Source of the DNA: a bacterium
GTDB lineage: Bacteria; Hinthialibacterota; Hinthialibacteria; Hinthialibacterales; Hinthialibacteraceae
Assembly: GCA_963663405.2 (NCBI GenBank)
Contig: CAXXSM010000042.1
Span: forward strand, 8,008-72,007
Reading direction: 5' to 3'
Length of the DNA stretch: 64,000 nucleotides
Positions 20,335 through 31,110 of the stretch are shown one piece after another. The notes beneath the pieces were generated by a model, which was given only the letters and a program-made list of their open reading frames with translations, made no database searches and had not been told where the DNA came from. The first letter of the stretch is position 1. Each line of letters starts with the position of its first letter. The position numbers and the translations under genes were made by a program.

Positions 20335-21357
20335 ATGTTTAAATCCATAAGTATTGCATCTATATTATTGGTATTTCTTTCTATTGCTATCCATGCGCAA
20401 ATTGTTAAGCAACCGAGTATGATTCAAACTCTGCCAACTCCGGAATTCCCCGATCCCGATCCATTCAACGATCTGATTTCAGCATTTTTCATCCAATCCA
20501 CCAACAACAATTTGATCCAACTTCATTATTTTCGAATGTGGGTGGAGCCCGATATACCAGGTATACCATTTGGAACTATCGATCTGCTTCATTACAGAGT
20601 AGCTACATGGAATATGGAAACAGAAGAAGTAATTGATTTTAGCGAAGGCGATAGAGATAAATTTTTTGAAGAGAATAGCATCGAACATAATGGTAATTCC
20701 GTTGTCATTGATGAGCGTCAGCTCGTTTTGGAAGACTCGCAGACAACATATTTTTACAACACTGACGAGTATTTGGAATATCATTTAGACAAGGCATATC
20801 TATCTCCAAATGAGCAGCGGATCGGTGGATTAGTTCTTTATTCAATTGCTTCTCCAGAAGATCTTGAAAATGAATGGTTCATAATGGCTCTTTGGGATTC
20901 AATTACGGGAAAAACGTTATATCGTGAAATTCCTTCTTCTCCCGGCTACGTCCCCAGTGATGGTCCGAGATTAAGTATTCATCCTCTCTCACTGGAATTA
21001 AATTTTTCTCCTGACGGTCGATTTTATTTTTTCCGTCAAGGCTTTTTCGAAAATCCTTGGGGTATCCTTCCTAGTTTAAAACTCCTCGACACGAAAACCC
21101 TGACCCTATGGGAGGCTGACCGCGACGTCGCCTTCAGTTCCGACATGCGCTACCTAGTAACCGAGCGAGAAGGATTACCTTCGCTGGTGGATATCGAATC
21201 CAATACCATCATTCACCAATATCAAGTCGAATCCCCCATGTCCGCCTGCTGCTTCTCCCAAGACGACAGTCAGGTCTACATCGCCACTGCTTTAAACAAA
21301 CTCTACATCTTCGAAAGCGGCCTGCAATCATCAGCGCCGTGCTGGGAGGTGTATTGA
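20335..21357 (+). CDS. Secreted WD40-like/beta-propeller protein, paralog 3 of 3
   Basis: ATG 20335 after AAGGA; MFKSISIASILLVFLSIAIHAQ; LWDSITGK, FSPDGRF; ends SGLQSSAPCWEVY. Confidence 0.8.
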   Translation: MFKSISIASILLVFLSIAIHAQIVKQPSMIQTLPTPEFPDPDPFNDLISAFFIQSTNNNLIQLHYFRMWVEPDIPGIPFGTIDLLHYRVATWNMETEEVIDFSEGDRDKFFEENSIEHNGNSVVIDERQLVLEDSQTTYFYNTDEYLEYHLDKAYLSPNEQRIGGLVLYSIASPEDLENEWFIMALWDSITGKTLYREIPSSPGYVPSDGPRLSIHPLSLELNFSPDGRFYFFRQGFFENPWGILPSLKLLDTKTLTLWEADRDVAFSSDMRYLVTEREGLPSLVDIESNTIIHQYQVESPMSACCFSQDDSQVYIATALNKLYIFESGLQSSAPCWEVY

Positions 21358-21388
21358 ACGAATGCGCAATCCATTCAGGGTAGTATTT

Positions 21389-21548
21389 TTCATTGTCTGA
21401 ACCATGATTTACTTGATTCGCTTGATTTTCAAGATTAAAATTAAGGTAATCGTATAATCCTTTTAAGACAGCGCCAGTAACGACAACACTGCGCGGTGGC
21501 GGCTTTTAGCTGGCTTTTTAATTATGGTTCAAACGATTAAGCCATCCT
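21389..21548. repeat. Palindromic intergenic element (MITE/REP-like), copy 1, with a nested insert
   Basis: GTCTGAACCATGATTTACTTGATTCGC...TATGGTTCAAAC, matching 38643-38748. Confidence 0.7.
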
Positions 21549-21762
21549 TAACAAAGACCGCAATTTACCACAATGATTTTTTTGTACTCAATTATCAGAT
21601 TAACCTAATTTTCCAGCATTCAATCTATCCTGAAATAGTTGGGTTTCTTGACATACTGGTTCTCATTTTATACAGTGGTATTCAGTTAAATAAAAAGAGA
21701 ATCAATCCCTTATTTTATATCGACGCTTCATTCATCGATCGCCATGGAAAGGATGAGTACTA

Positions 21763-22992
21763 ATGAATAAAACAAACGAAGTCAATCGAAGACGATTCCT
21801 GGAACGATCCGCGCTGGGCGTGGCTACGGTGGCGCCGGCGGTGTTATCCAGAAAGGTGTTGGGGGCGAACGATCGAATCACGATGGGATTGATCGGCGCG
21901 GGGGGACGCGGACGCAACGTTATGCGCGATCTACTTAAACAGGGTGCGGAATTCATCGCCATCAGTGAGATCTTTCAACCCGCAGCAGAACGGACATTGG
22001 ATATTTTGGATGATGGCGTCAAGAACCATCACAATTACCGCGCGCTGCTGGAACGGAAGGATATCGACGCGGTTCTCATCGCGACGCCGGAACATCAGCA
22101 CTGCTCCCAATTGATCGACGCCGTGCAGGCGGGGAAAGATGTCTACTGTGAAAAGCCGATGTCCAACACGATTGAAGAAGGCTATCGGACGGTACAGAAA
22201 GTACGGGAGACGGACCGCATTGTTCAGATCGGTATGCAGCGCCGGAGTTCCCCCACCGTGATGAAGACGAAAAAACTGATCGAAGATGGAACCATCGGAC
22301 AGATTTACATGGTCAAAGCGTGGTGGAACTGGAGCCTATCCCATCCGCTGGACAACTCGCCGTTGGACCACGATCTCGATTGGGAAGCGTTCTGTTTCCC
22401 CAAACGGAATGTGCGATTCGAACCGATGAAATACCGGGAATGGCGTTATTTCTGGCCCTTCTCCGGCGGTAATTGCACAGATCAGGGAACGCATTTGATG
22501 GATGTCGTTCAATGGTTCATGAACAGCGATCCCCCCAAATCCGCTGAATGTTTTGGAAACGTGTTTGAAATGACCGGCGCTGAAACGCCCGATTTATTCA
22601 CAGCCGTCTATGATTATGGATCGTTCATGGCGTCCTGGGCGCTCAATTACACCAACAAATATCAGAGCGGATGGATGATTCAGTTCCAAGGCCGTAAAGG
22701 AACGATCATGATCAGCGATTCCGGAACGAAGGTCTATTTGGATCCCTGGGATGAAGGTATGCCTTTGGATTATTCGATGACTTACGAAACGGAACCATCA
22801 ATGGTCATCGAAGGTGGAATCCCCACCGATCCACATACCCAGAATTTCCTGGATTGCGTCAAATCCCGCAAAGAACCGAACGCCACGGTTGAAGTCGGCC
22901 ACTCGGCGGTGTGTGGACCGCATTTGGCGAATGTGGCGTGGCATAAAAAGGAACGGGCTTATATGCGGAGCGATTTGTCCGGATCGTATTGA
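21763..22992 (+). CDS. Gfo/Idh/MocA family oxidoreductase, Tat-exported
   Basis: NRRRFL Tat motif, GLIGAGGRG, IATPEHQH, YCEKP, DQGTH. Confidence 0.93.
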   Translation: MNKTNEVNRRRFLERSALGVATVAPAVLSRKVLGANDRITMGLIGAGGRGRNVMRDLLKQGAEFIAISEIFQPAAERTLDILDDGVKNHHNYRALLERKDIDAVLIATPEHQHCSQLIDAVQAGKDVYCEKPMSNTIEEGYRTVQKVRETDRIVQIGMQRRSSPTVMKTKKLIEDGTIGQIYMVKAWWNWSLSHPLDNSPLDHDLDWEAFCFPKRNVRFEPMKYREWRYFWPFSGGNCTDQGTHLMDVVQWFMNSDPPKSAECFGNVFEMTGAETPDLFTAVYDYGSFMASWALNYTNKYQSGWMIQFQGRKGTIMISDSGTKVYLDPWDEGMPLDYSMTYETEPSMVIEGGIPTDPHTQNFLDCVKSRKEPNATVEVGHSAVCGPHLANVAWHKKERAYMRSDLSGSY

Positions 22993-22997
22993 TATTT

Positions 22998-23091
22998 CAT
23001 GGGCGGGAATGCGAGCGCGAGTGTTTATTTTTTTCACGGGCGGGGACGCCCGCGTTCCATTGATTCACGGGTGGGGACACCCGCGCTCCAT
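22998..23091. repeat. Cluster of 2-3 REP-like GC-rich hairpins; remnant at 24229-24249
   Basis: CACGGGCGGGGACGCCCGCGTTCCAT, CACGGGTGGGGACACCCGCGCTCCAT and a degenerate first copy. Confidence 0.7.
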
Positions 23092-23098
23092 TAGCTTT

Positions 23099-23833
23099 TT
23101 ACTGAAACGCTTCATATATTGTTTCTTCGACGTTGGAGAAGGGATTGAGGAGAGGTTCGAAGACCGCGAAGAAGGCGTCGGCTAAGATTTGGCTACCTTC
23201 ACGACCGGGGTGCAGACCGTCGATGAGAATCTCCGGCCCGGCCGCCTTCATGGGGGTGTAGCAGTCAATAATCATTAAGCCCCGTTCTTCAGCGATTTGT
23301 TCCAGCGCGGGATTCAGTTCGGTTGGGATGCGGTCGCGATGGATGTACGCGTCTGCGAATTGAGACACCATCGGTTCTCCCTCCTGGGGGGAGTTGTGCG
23401 GAGGGATGAGGGAGAGAAGAACCTGTGGCGTTGTGCCATCTTGATTGGTGTGATTGACGAAGACGTCGATGAGTGAGTTCATGCGTTCGACGTAAACATT
23501 TGTCGGTGTTTCGTCGCCGACCCGTGTGTCGTTTGTTCCGAGCATGATGGTGACGTAATGAACGTCCATGAGATCGAGTATCCGCTGGCCGCTGGCGTTG
23601 CTCCATGCGTCCAACCGATCGCCGACTGTGTCGCCTGAGACACCTTTGTTGTAAAACCGGACATTCTCAACGCCTATTGCTTCAAACATTCTGTTTAAGA
23701 GTGCTGGATAATTGTGCGACGCTAGTAAGGTAATACTATCGCCGATACAATAGATCACTGTGTCCTGCCCAAAAACCAATCCCCCAAACAACAACACAAA
23801 AAGACAGGTATACACAAACGTCATTTTCATCAT
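23099..23833 (-). CDS. Secreted SGNH/GDSL hydrolase, copy 1
   Basis: Signal peptide; GDSIT, GVSG, GTND and DGLHP blocks; SD GGAGG. Confidence 0.92.
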   Translation of the reverse strand: MMKMTFVYTCLFVLLFGGLVFGQDTVIYCIGDSITLLASHNYPALLNRMFEAIGVENVRFYNKGVSGDTVGDRLDAWSNASGQRILDLMDVHYVTIMLGTNDTRVGDETPTNVYVERMNSLIDVFVNHTNQDGTTPQVLLSLIPPHNSPQEGEPMVSQFADAYIHRDRIPTELNPALEQIAEERGLMIIDCYTPMKAAGPEILIDGLHPGREGSQILADAFFAVFEPLLNPFSNVEETIYEAFQ

Positions 23834-24055
23834 GAAAATCCTCCATTGATAGATAGAAAGATTTGAGAAGATTCGCATCCACTTTACATTAAATTCGTCA
23901 ACCTGCAAGAGTATTAGAGAGGGTGTTTGACAGACAAGCATTGTTTCAACGAAATGGGAGGGAAACCACTGTTCTCTTGCATGGTGTCTCTATGATATGA
24001 TGATTTGTTTGTAATCGCGAATTATGGAACATGAATAATAGGAGATATATACATA

Positions 24056-24196
24056 TGTCATCGTTATCGAAAATAAAACGATGGAATGGTCGCTTTATGG
24101 ATACGCCACCGCGTCTAAAACAGCGGGGAAGCGTCCAACCCGCGCCAGTTTAATGACCGGCCTCTACTCCCATCAGACCGGTGTCGGTCATATGAT
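24056..24196 (+). pseudogene. Internally deleted remnant of the sulfatase 5' end
   Basis: ATGTCATCGTTATCGAAAATAAAACG...GCGTCTAAAACAGCGGGG...CGCGCCAGTTT...CATCAGACCGGTGTCGGTCATATGAT matches 25222-25546 with deletions. Confidence 0.8.
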
Positions 24197-24253
24197 TTGT
24201 CTGGTTCATATTGATGTTATTATTTTAAACGGGATCGCCCGCGCTCCATTCTT

Positions 24254-25000
24254 TTACTGATACAATTCATAAATTGTCTCTTCGACGTTGGAGTAGGGAT
24301 TGAGGAGAGGTTCGAAGACCGCGAAGAAGGCGTCGGCTAGGATTTGGTTGCCTTCCTCGGCCGGATGAAGACCGTCGGGGAGAATGTCTGGACCGGCCGC
24401 CAGCATGGGAGTGTAACAGTCAATGGTCATTAGGCCCCGTTCTTCGGCAATTCGCTCGAGTTCAGGATTCAGTTCGTTCGGGATGCGATCGCGGTGAATG
24501 AACCGGTCGGCGAATTGGGACGCCATCTGTTCTCCCTCTTGGGGGGAGTTGTGCGGGGGGATGAGAGAGAGGAGAACTTGCGGGGTTGAGCCGTCTTGAT
24601 TGGTGTGATTGACGAAGACGTCGATAAGGGCGTTCATGCGTTCGACGTAGACATCTGTCGGTGTTTCGTCACCGACTCGCGTGTCGTTGGTTCCGAGCAT
24701 GATCGTGACATAATGGACGTCCATTCGATCGAGGATCCGTTGGCCACTGGCGCCGCTCCATGAATCCAACCGGTCACCGACTGTATCACCCGATACACCT
24801 TTGTTATAAAACCGGACATTCTCCACGCCGATTTCTTCAAACATCTGGTTGAGGAGCGTTGAGTAATCGTGTCCCGATCCAAACGCCTGTCCCCAGGTGA
24901 TACTATCACCGATACAATAGATCACTGTCTCTTGCCCAAAAACCGATGCCCCAAACAACAACACAAACAAGCAAGTATACACAAACGTCATTTTCATCAT
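24254..25000 (-). CDS. Secreted SGNH/GDSL hydrolase, copy 2
   Basis: Same motifs as copy 1, closely similar sequence. Confidence 0.92.
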   Translation of the reverse strand: MMKMTFVYTCLFVLLFGASVFGQETVIYCIGDSITWGQAFGSGHDYSTLLNQMFEEIGVENVRFYNKGVSGDTVGDRLDSWSGASGQRILDRMDVHYVTIMLGTNDTRVGDETPTDVYVERMNALIDVFVNHTNQDGSTPQVLLSLIPPHNSPQEGEQMASQFADRFIHRDRIPNELNPELERIAEERGLMTIDCYTPMLAAGPDILPDGLHPAEEGNQILADAFFAVFEPLLNPYSNVEETIYELYQ

Positions 25001-25221
25001 GAAAATCCTCCATCGATAGATTGAAAGATAAGCGCCGATTCGTATCCACTTTACATTAAATTCGTCAACCTGCAAGAGAATTGGAAGAATTGATTGGTAT
25101 GCGAATATTTTTTCAAAGAAATGACTTAGAGTCCACTGTTCACTTGCATGGTGGCTCTGTGATATGATGTTTTGTTTGTAATTATGAATTATGGAACATG
25201 AATAATAGGAGATTTATACAT

Positions 25222-26893
25222 ATGTCATCGTTATCAAAAATAAAACGGCGGGATTTTATCAACGCTTTGGGATGGGGAACGGCGGGATGGGCGCTTCATG
25301 GATGCGCCACTGCGTCTAAAACAGCGGGGACGCCGGATCGGCCGAATATTGTGCTGATTATGGCCGATGATATGGGATACTCGGATATCGGTTGCTATGG
25401 GGGAGAAATCCATACGCCGAATGTAGACGGCCTCGCCGCGAACGGCGTTCGTTTTACCCAATTCTACAACACCGCGCGATGCTGTCCGACTCGCGCCAGT
25501 TTGGTGACTGGACTATACCCCCATCAAGCGGGTATCGGTCATATGATGAATGATAGGAACCATCCAGGATATACAGGGGATCTAAATGAGCATTGCGTGA
25601 CGATCGCACAAGTTCTCAAACAAGGCCGGTTACTCGACCTATATGAGTGGAAAATGGCATGTGACCAAACAGGTCGGCTATTGGAGCGGAGATGAACGAT
25701 TGACCTCCAAGCATAATTGGCCGCGTCAACGTGGATTCGATCAATTCTACGGCACACTCCATGGCGCGGGCAGTTACTTTGATCCGAAATCGTTGACACG
25801 CGGCAATACACCGATCGAACCGGAAACCGATCCGTTCTATTATACCGACGCAATCAGCGGTAACGCCGCTCGTTTTATCAGCGATCATGCCAAACAAGAT
25901 GGCTCTAATCCTTTCTTTTGTTATGTCACGTATACCTCCCCTCACTGGCCCCTGCACGCGCTGCCGGAAGATATCGAGCGATACAAGGGGCGTTATGATA
26001 TTGGCTGGGACGCGCTGCGCGAAGAACGCCGCGAGCGGATGATTAAATTGGGATTGATTGATCCTCAGTGGAAATTATCCGAACGCGATCCCCGCGTGAA
26101 ACCGTGGGACAAGGAGGAGGATAAAGCCTGGCAGGCCCGGCGTATGGAAGTGTACGCCGCTCAGATCGACCGGATGGATCAAGGCATCGGACGAATTGTC
26201 GATACGTTGCGTACGAACGGTCAACTCGAAAACACGCTCATTTTCTTCTTGGCTGATAATGGGGGATGCGCGGAGGAAATCGTGAAAACTTGGCAAGGAT
26301 TGCATATTCCCGCATCCACTCACGATGGGCGGCCCGTCGCCGTGGGCAATGAAGATCACTCAGTTATGCCCGGTCCGGAAGAGACGTATCAAAGTTATGG
26401 AATTCCGTGGGCCAACGTCAGCAATACGCCTTTCCGGCGGTATAAACATTTCGTGCATGAAGGGGGAATCTCTACGCTTTTGATCGTTCACTGGCCGGCG
26501 AACATTCACGCGGCCGGCGATCTCTGCGATCAGCCCGGTCATTTAATCGATATCATGAGCACATGCGTGGATGTCTCCAGCGCGGAGTATCCCAAAGTCT
26601 ACAACAATCATCGAATCCATCCGATGGAAGGCCGGAGCCTTGTTCCCGCTTTCTCGAATCAACCGATTCAACGAGACGCGATCTATTTTGAGCATGAAGG
26701 AAATCGCGCGATCCGACAGGGGAAATGGAAACTTGTGGCGAAAGGTAAAAACGGTCCGTGGGAGCTGTATGATATGGAAGCCGACCGCACAGAGACAATC
26801 GATCTATCAAGCCGCGAACCGGAACGTGTCCGGCTGATGGCGGCGAAATGGGAAGCGTGGGCGCTGCGGGCCAATGTGCTTCCGTGGCCCTGA
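25222..26893 (+). CDS. Arylsulfatase (formylglycine type, Tat signal), one frameshift near 25624
   Basis: KRRDFI, PNIVLIMADDMG, CCPTRASL, GKWH, DNGG, GKWKLV, ELYDM; one extra G in CAAGGCC splits ORFs 25198-25695 and 25643-26893. Confidence 0.9.
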
Positions 26894-26951
26894 TTGGTTT
26901 TACATGATAAGTGAGAAACGCAGATTATGATCGCACTAAGTCAATGTCAAT

Positions 26952-27048
26952 CAGCGGGGTAGCAAGGGGAAGGCTTTTTTCTCCCCTTGCATAATTCCCA
27001 GAACGTAGCGCCAGGGCAGATAAAAAACCTTGCCCTGGGCACCCGCCG
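26952..27048. repeat. Composite double-hairpin (REP/BIME-like) between convergent genes
   Basis: GCAAGGGGA..TCCCCTTGC and CCAGGGCA..TGCCCTGG enclosed by GCGGG..CCCGC. Confidence 0.55.
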
Positions 27049-27075
27049 AATATTTATATAATTGAGTACATGATC

Positions 27076-30000
27076 TTATTGTCCCATGAGAACCGCGTGC
27101 GCGTGACGGGCGTAGTGGCCCCGGAGATCTTGTTCGTACTGTTTTAAAATCTTCTCTCCGAGTCCCTCATAATCGCCGCAGCGGTACAACGCGCGGGCCA
27201 GGATCAATTCCCTTAATGAATACTCGCGGGATAAATTATCAGTCGGAGCGCCGGCGGGTGTCATTTTGCGGGCTTTATCGATGCTCGTGTACGCGTAACC
27301 GGACATTCCTGGTTTTTGCAAGAGCTCCGCTAAAGGCTGGGCCGCTGATGGATCGCCCAGTGTTTCCAACGCGATCGCGACCGCGCGGTGGTGAGAGAGC
27401 GCGTCCTTCGGGACTGAGCGTCTTTGTTTTTTCCAAAATCGGCTTTAAGGCGCGTTTATCCTTCGTTCGGCTTAGAGCGATGATTAGGCTGTCGACCGGG
27501 CTGATACTCGGGCCGAATTGCCCATTCCTCTGAATCTCCATCCATCATCCCACTCTCTGGATTGTGTCTCTTTCAAGAGAATATCGCTTCCTATGGGATC
27601 ACCCATCATCCCCAGGATATGCGCATAGATTAATTTGTCGTCTTCCGATTCGGCGGATTCAAACGCCTCGATCAATAAGGGCTGCATTGTTTCCGGCTGA
27701 GTCAGCGCGACGCCGATCGGTTCCAGCTCAGGCGGCGGCATTTTCTCACCGTCTAAATTCGTTTGAGGTGAATCGAGAATCCATCTAAATTGTTTGGGGA
27801 TTTCTTGAACGGCTTCCGCAATCTGTTCTTTTGGAAGTGGAAACGAATCTGTATCAGTCAGAACGCTTTCAGGAAGGTTGCCTTTCGCCACAAGAATCTT
27901 CTGCAATTCTTTAATATCAATATTGCGAATGCTCTTGCCGGATGCGGCGGCCATTGACGCCGCTGTCCCCATCGCGAATCCTTGATTCTGAATGCAGGGC
28001 TGCATACGCAGAATCGGCATGGCGTCCCGATGCGCGCTGATTCCCAGTCCGGTAACGACGATGCCATCCAAACCTTTCGGCGTCAGGCTGCGGAACGGCG
28101 TATAGGCGGAAATCGATTCACTGTCTGGAGGTTTAATAAGAAAGCGTTGATGAGTTGTATACCCATGCGTATCGAAATTACTGCGTGAGAGTACCACGCT
28201 ATCGGGATAGGTGCGATGATTGAAGATATCGAGTGGGGATATTTCGAAGTCCCCTACGATCCGCCGCCGTTCGCGTGTATCGACGAGCTGCCCTAAGTCG
28301 TAGGCGTCTTTGAATTTCTCTTTCGAGGTAACAAAAGTGCGCCAGAGATCGACAGGATCGGATTCATCAGTGAAGGTGTAATCGGTATTCGTGTAATTGG
28401 CGCCGAGAGCGCGGGGGGGCAAGCCTGTTCCCTGCAGCGCCGCGTCTTCGGCGGTGGTGAAGGTATAATCCGCTCCGGCGGCGATCGCTACATCGGAGTT
28501 CCCCGTTGAATCGATCGTTACTTTGGCGAGAACGACACCGCGCCCGTTAGGGGTGCTTACGATAGCGCCTTTGACAACGCCGTCTTCCACAAACGCGCCA
28601 CAACCCAGCGCGCCGAACCAGATATCCGCGCCTGCTTTCCGCAATTCGCTGCGGTACCATTCCATCTTTAATTCAACGTTCCAGCCTCCCTGTTGGGTTT
28701 TCGCCCATCGCCGCTAGTCCTTGATCCAATTCGGCGGTGAAACCATCGCGGTACCCGTGATAATATTTTGAGATCAGTCCCAGCGTGCCAACGCCTCCCA
28801 GGCCGTGCAGATATTCAACAACGAGGGTCTTGGCGCCGCGTCTCGCTGCGCCGATTCCCGCCGGGGCGCCGCCTGTGCCGCCACCAATGATAACAACATC
28901 ATAGATCCCGATTACAGGAACGGATCGTTCAGCTGAAGGAACCGACGGTGAGTCTTCTTGGGTTGGCCGAAGACCGATTAGAAGTTCGCTCGTATCGCCT
29001 TTCGCGATCGCTTTTTCTTTCTCCCCCGGCACGTGAACACCGGCTGGTTTCGGCGCGCGTTTGGCGTCATTCGCCGCCGCCCGGCCGATCCGGGTTCCCA
29101 CTTTGATGAAGTTGAATGGACGTAATAGCCGGGCCGCCGCCTCGCGTGAGATATCCGCGCAGCCATTCAGCGCGTAGAGCCGATCTTGTCCCTTCGCGCG
29201 AAACGCGTCTAGATTAATCTGGTCCGCGCCGGGCCAGGGGCCGGTAAGGGATTTTTTACCAATCATTGGATCAGGAGGAATTTGGAACAGCGTTTCAGAA
29301 GAATCCGCCTGTCCTTTCTGCCAGGTTCTATCCCGCGCAATTTGTTCGGCATTGGCGAAGGAGGCGAAGGACGCGTCCTTCATCGGAATGGTCAGCGTGT
29401 ATTCTGTCGCGGTGGAGTGATTCAGTCTCCCGCCACGATCGATCGGCGCGGGGGAAGGCAGGTTTTGGCTGCGCAAACCTTCGCCCGTGCGGATTTCTCC
29501 ACCGATGACCGTACGTTTAAACGTTTGGGGGCCGAATGGATAGGGGCGGAATTCCGCGCCTGCGATTCGCGCCGCGTCCGACCGCATCATCGCGTCGATG
29601 ACGACTTTACCGATGACGGCCTGCCGCCCGGATCGGTTCACCATGATGATACCCGCGATGTTTCCGTTCGCGTCACGTAATACATCTGTCGCGGCGCAGC
29701 TGTAAAGAAACTGAACGCCCGCGTCGAGTAACGCTTTATCGAGGGCGATTTTAACCTGCATCGGTTTGGGGGGAAATCGTGGAGTGGGTTCTTTCTTCAC
29801 TTCCGCTTCATTCGCTTCGATCACGACTTCGCCGATTAAAACGCGTTCCGCGTCCGGTCCCATTTTGACGGAGAATTTTACGTATCGGGCTTTTTCTTTG
29901 ACGTTCGCGGATAGATCGATCGCGGACGACTCGAAATTCTCACCGTCCAGTTTTTCATTCTCAATCACGGCGATCTGTTTCCATTGACTCTTGTCGTTGC

Positions 30001-30576
30001 TGACAGAGACGATCACGTTTTTTACAGAGAATTCACCGTTTCGCTGATACGCCATAACATGGACTTTTTCAAATGACTGTTCTCTCGTCAAATCCGCGAT
30101 GATATCGACATCCCCATTGTATTGAACGCTTTGGCTGCTGGCGCTGGTCCATTTCCCATCCGTCAGCAGGGGAGGATTTCCGAGATCTTTGTGCATTGCC
30201 GCGGAGATGCGGCTGGTTTCATATTGGAAAGGGATTCCCAATCCAACCGAGGGCGCGATGTAAGGTTCTGCGAACATCGCTTCGGTCATTTCATCGAAGG
30301 GCTCTTCCCCCGGTTCCAACCATAGACGATACGTGGCGCAAAGGTCCTCCCCCAAGTAGGGTCTGGGAGCGGCGAGAAAAACGCTCGCTCCATTCCGCGC
30401 TGCTTCCACCGCCGCGGCGACGCCGGCGGACGTTCCCCAACGACGACGACATCTACGTCGTAAGCGATAGGAATCATCCGGGCGGATTCATGAACCGACC
30501 CCAAATCTTCCCCAAATAAGGTCAGCGGATACGCCAAAATCAGTAACACGAGTAATCCCGTAATTCGTCTCATCAT
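27076..30576 (-). CDS. Large secreted FAD-dependent oxidoreductase (two FAD_oxidored-type modules, discoidin-like insert, HEAT-like tail); about 4 frameshifts
   Basis: Signal peptide MMRRITGLLVLL; YDVDVVVVG; LTDGKW...ARYVKF (F5/8-like); YDVVIIGGGTGG; IDSTG; RERRRIVG; LRMQP; fragments are contiguous on the minus strand. Confidence 0.8.
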
Positions 30577-30744
30577 TATCTCCATTCCTGATTCATTGTT
30601 GTGTATTGGAACTGGAATAAAGCCCCATTTAATCGTAGTCATCAAAGCTACAATCAATCAAGGCTCGCAGGTTCAAAGCATTCGATCTCATAAAGATATA
30701 GAAGCGGTTGTTTTATCCCTTTCCCAGCATCTTATCCCCTACAC

Positions 30745-31098
30745 TTAAAAATTGAAGGTGATATAGGTATCTGTAAAGCGGCATGGAAAACAGCGGATGA
30801 TGTTGGATGGATTGTTGTATGGAGATATATACGTCTGACTTCTGAAGATGGTACACTAAACCAAACATTTGTTATTAATAATCAGGTAGATTACGAATTA
30901 GAAAGTCCTTCTGATATTATTTTTAATTCGCAAACAGCGGAAATATATCGTTTTGATTATGACATTAATCAGGGTACATCTAATCCAGAATATTCACTCA
31001 CAGAATTTGTGAAGAAGGGTGATATAGCGAGAAATCTAGATGGAGATTTTGATATTCAGATAAACGAAGAACCGATTTTTATACGATTTAAACGATAA
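30745..31098 (+). pseudogene. Start-less open frame, probable orphan 3' gene fragment (ORF A, copy 1)
   Basis: Open frame KIEGDIGICKAAWKTADD...PIFIRFKR*, homologous to 32648-33001, with no ATG or SD. Confidence 0.55.
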
Positions 31099-31110
31099 AG
31101 GAGAAAAGAG

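Noticed and set aside
18117-21400. Integron cassette array (hairpins between tandem genes as attC sites)
   Set aside because: Hairpins are about 25-33 bp, lack proper RYYYAAC/GTTRRRY boxes, the genes are paralogs, and no integrase is present
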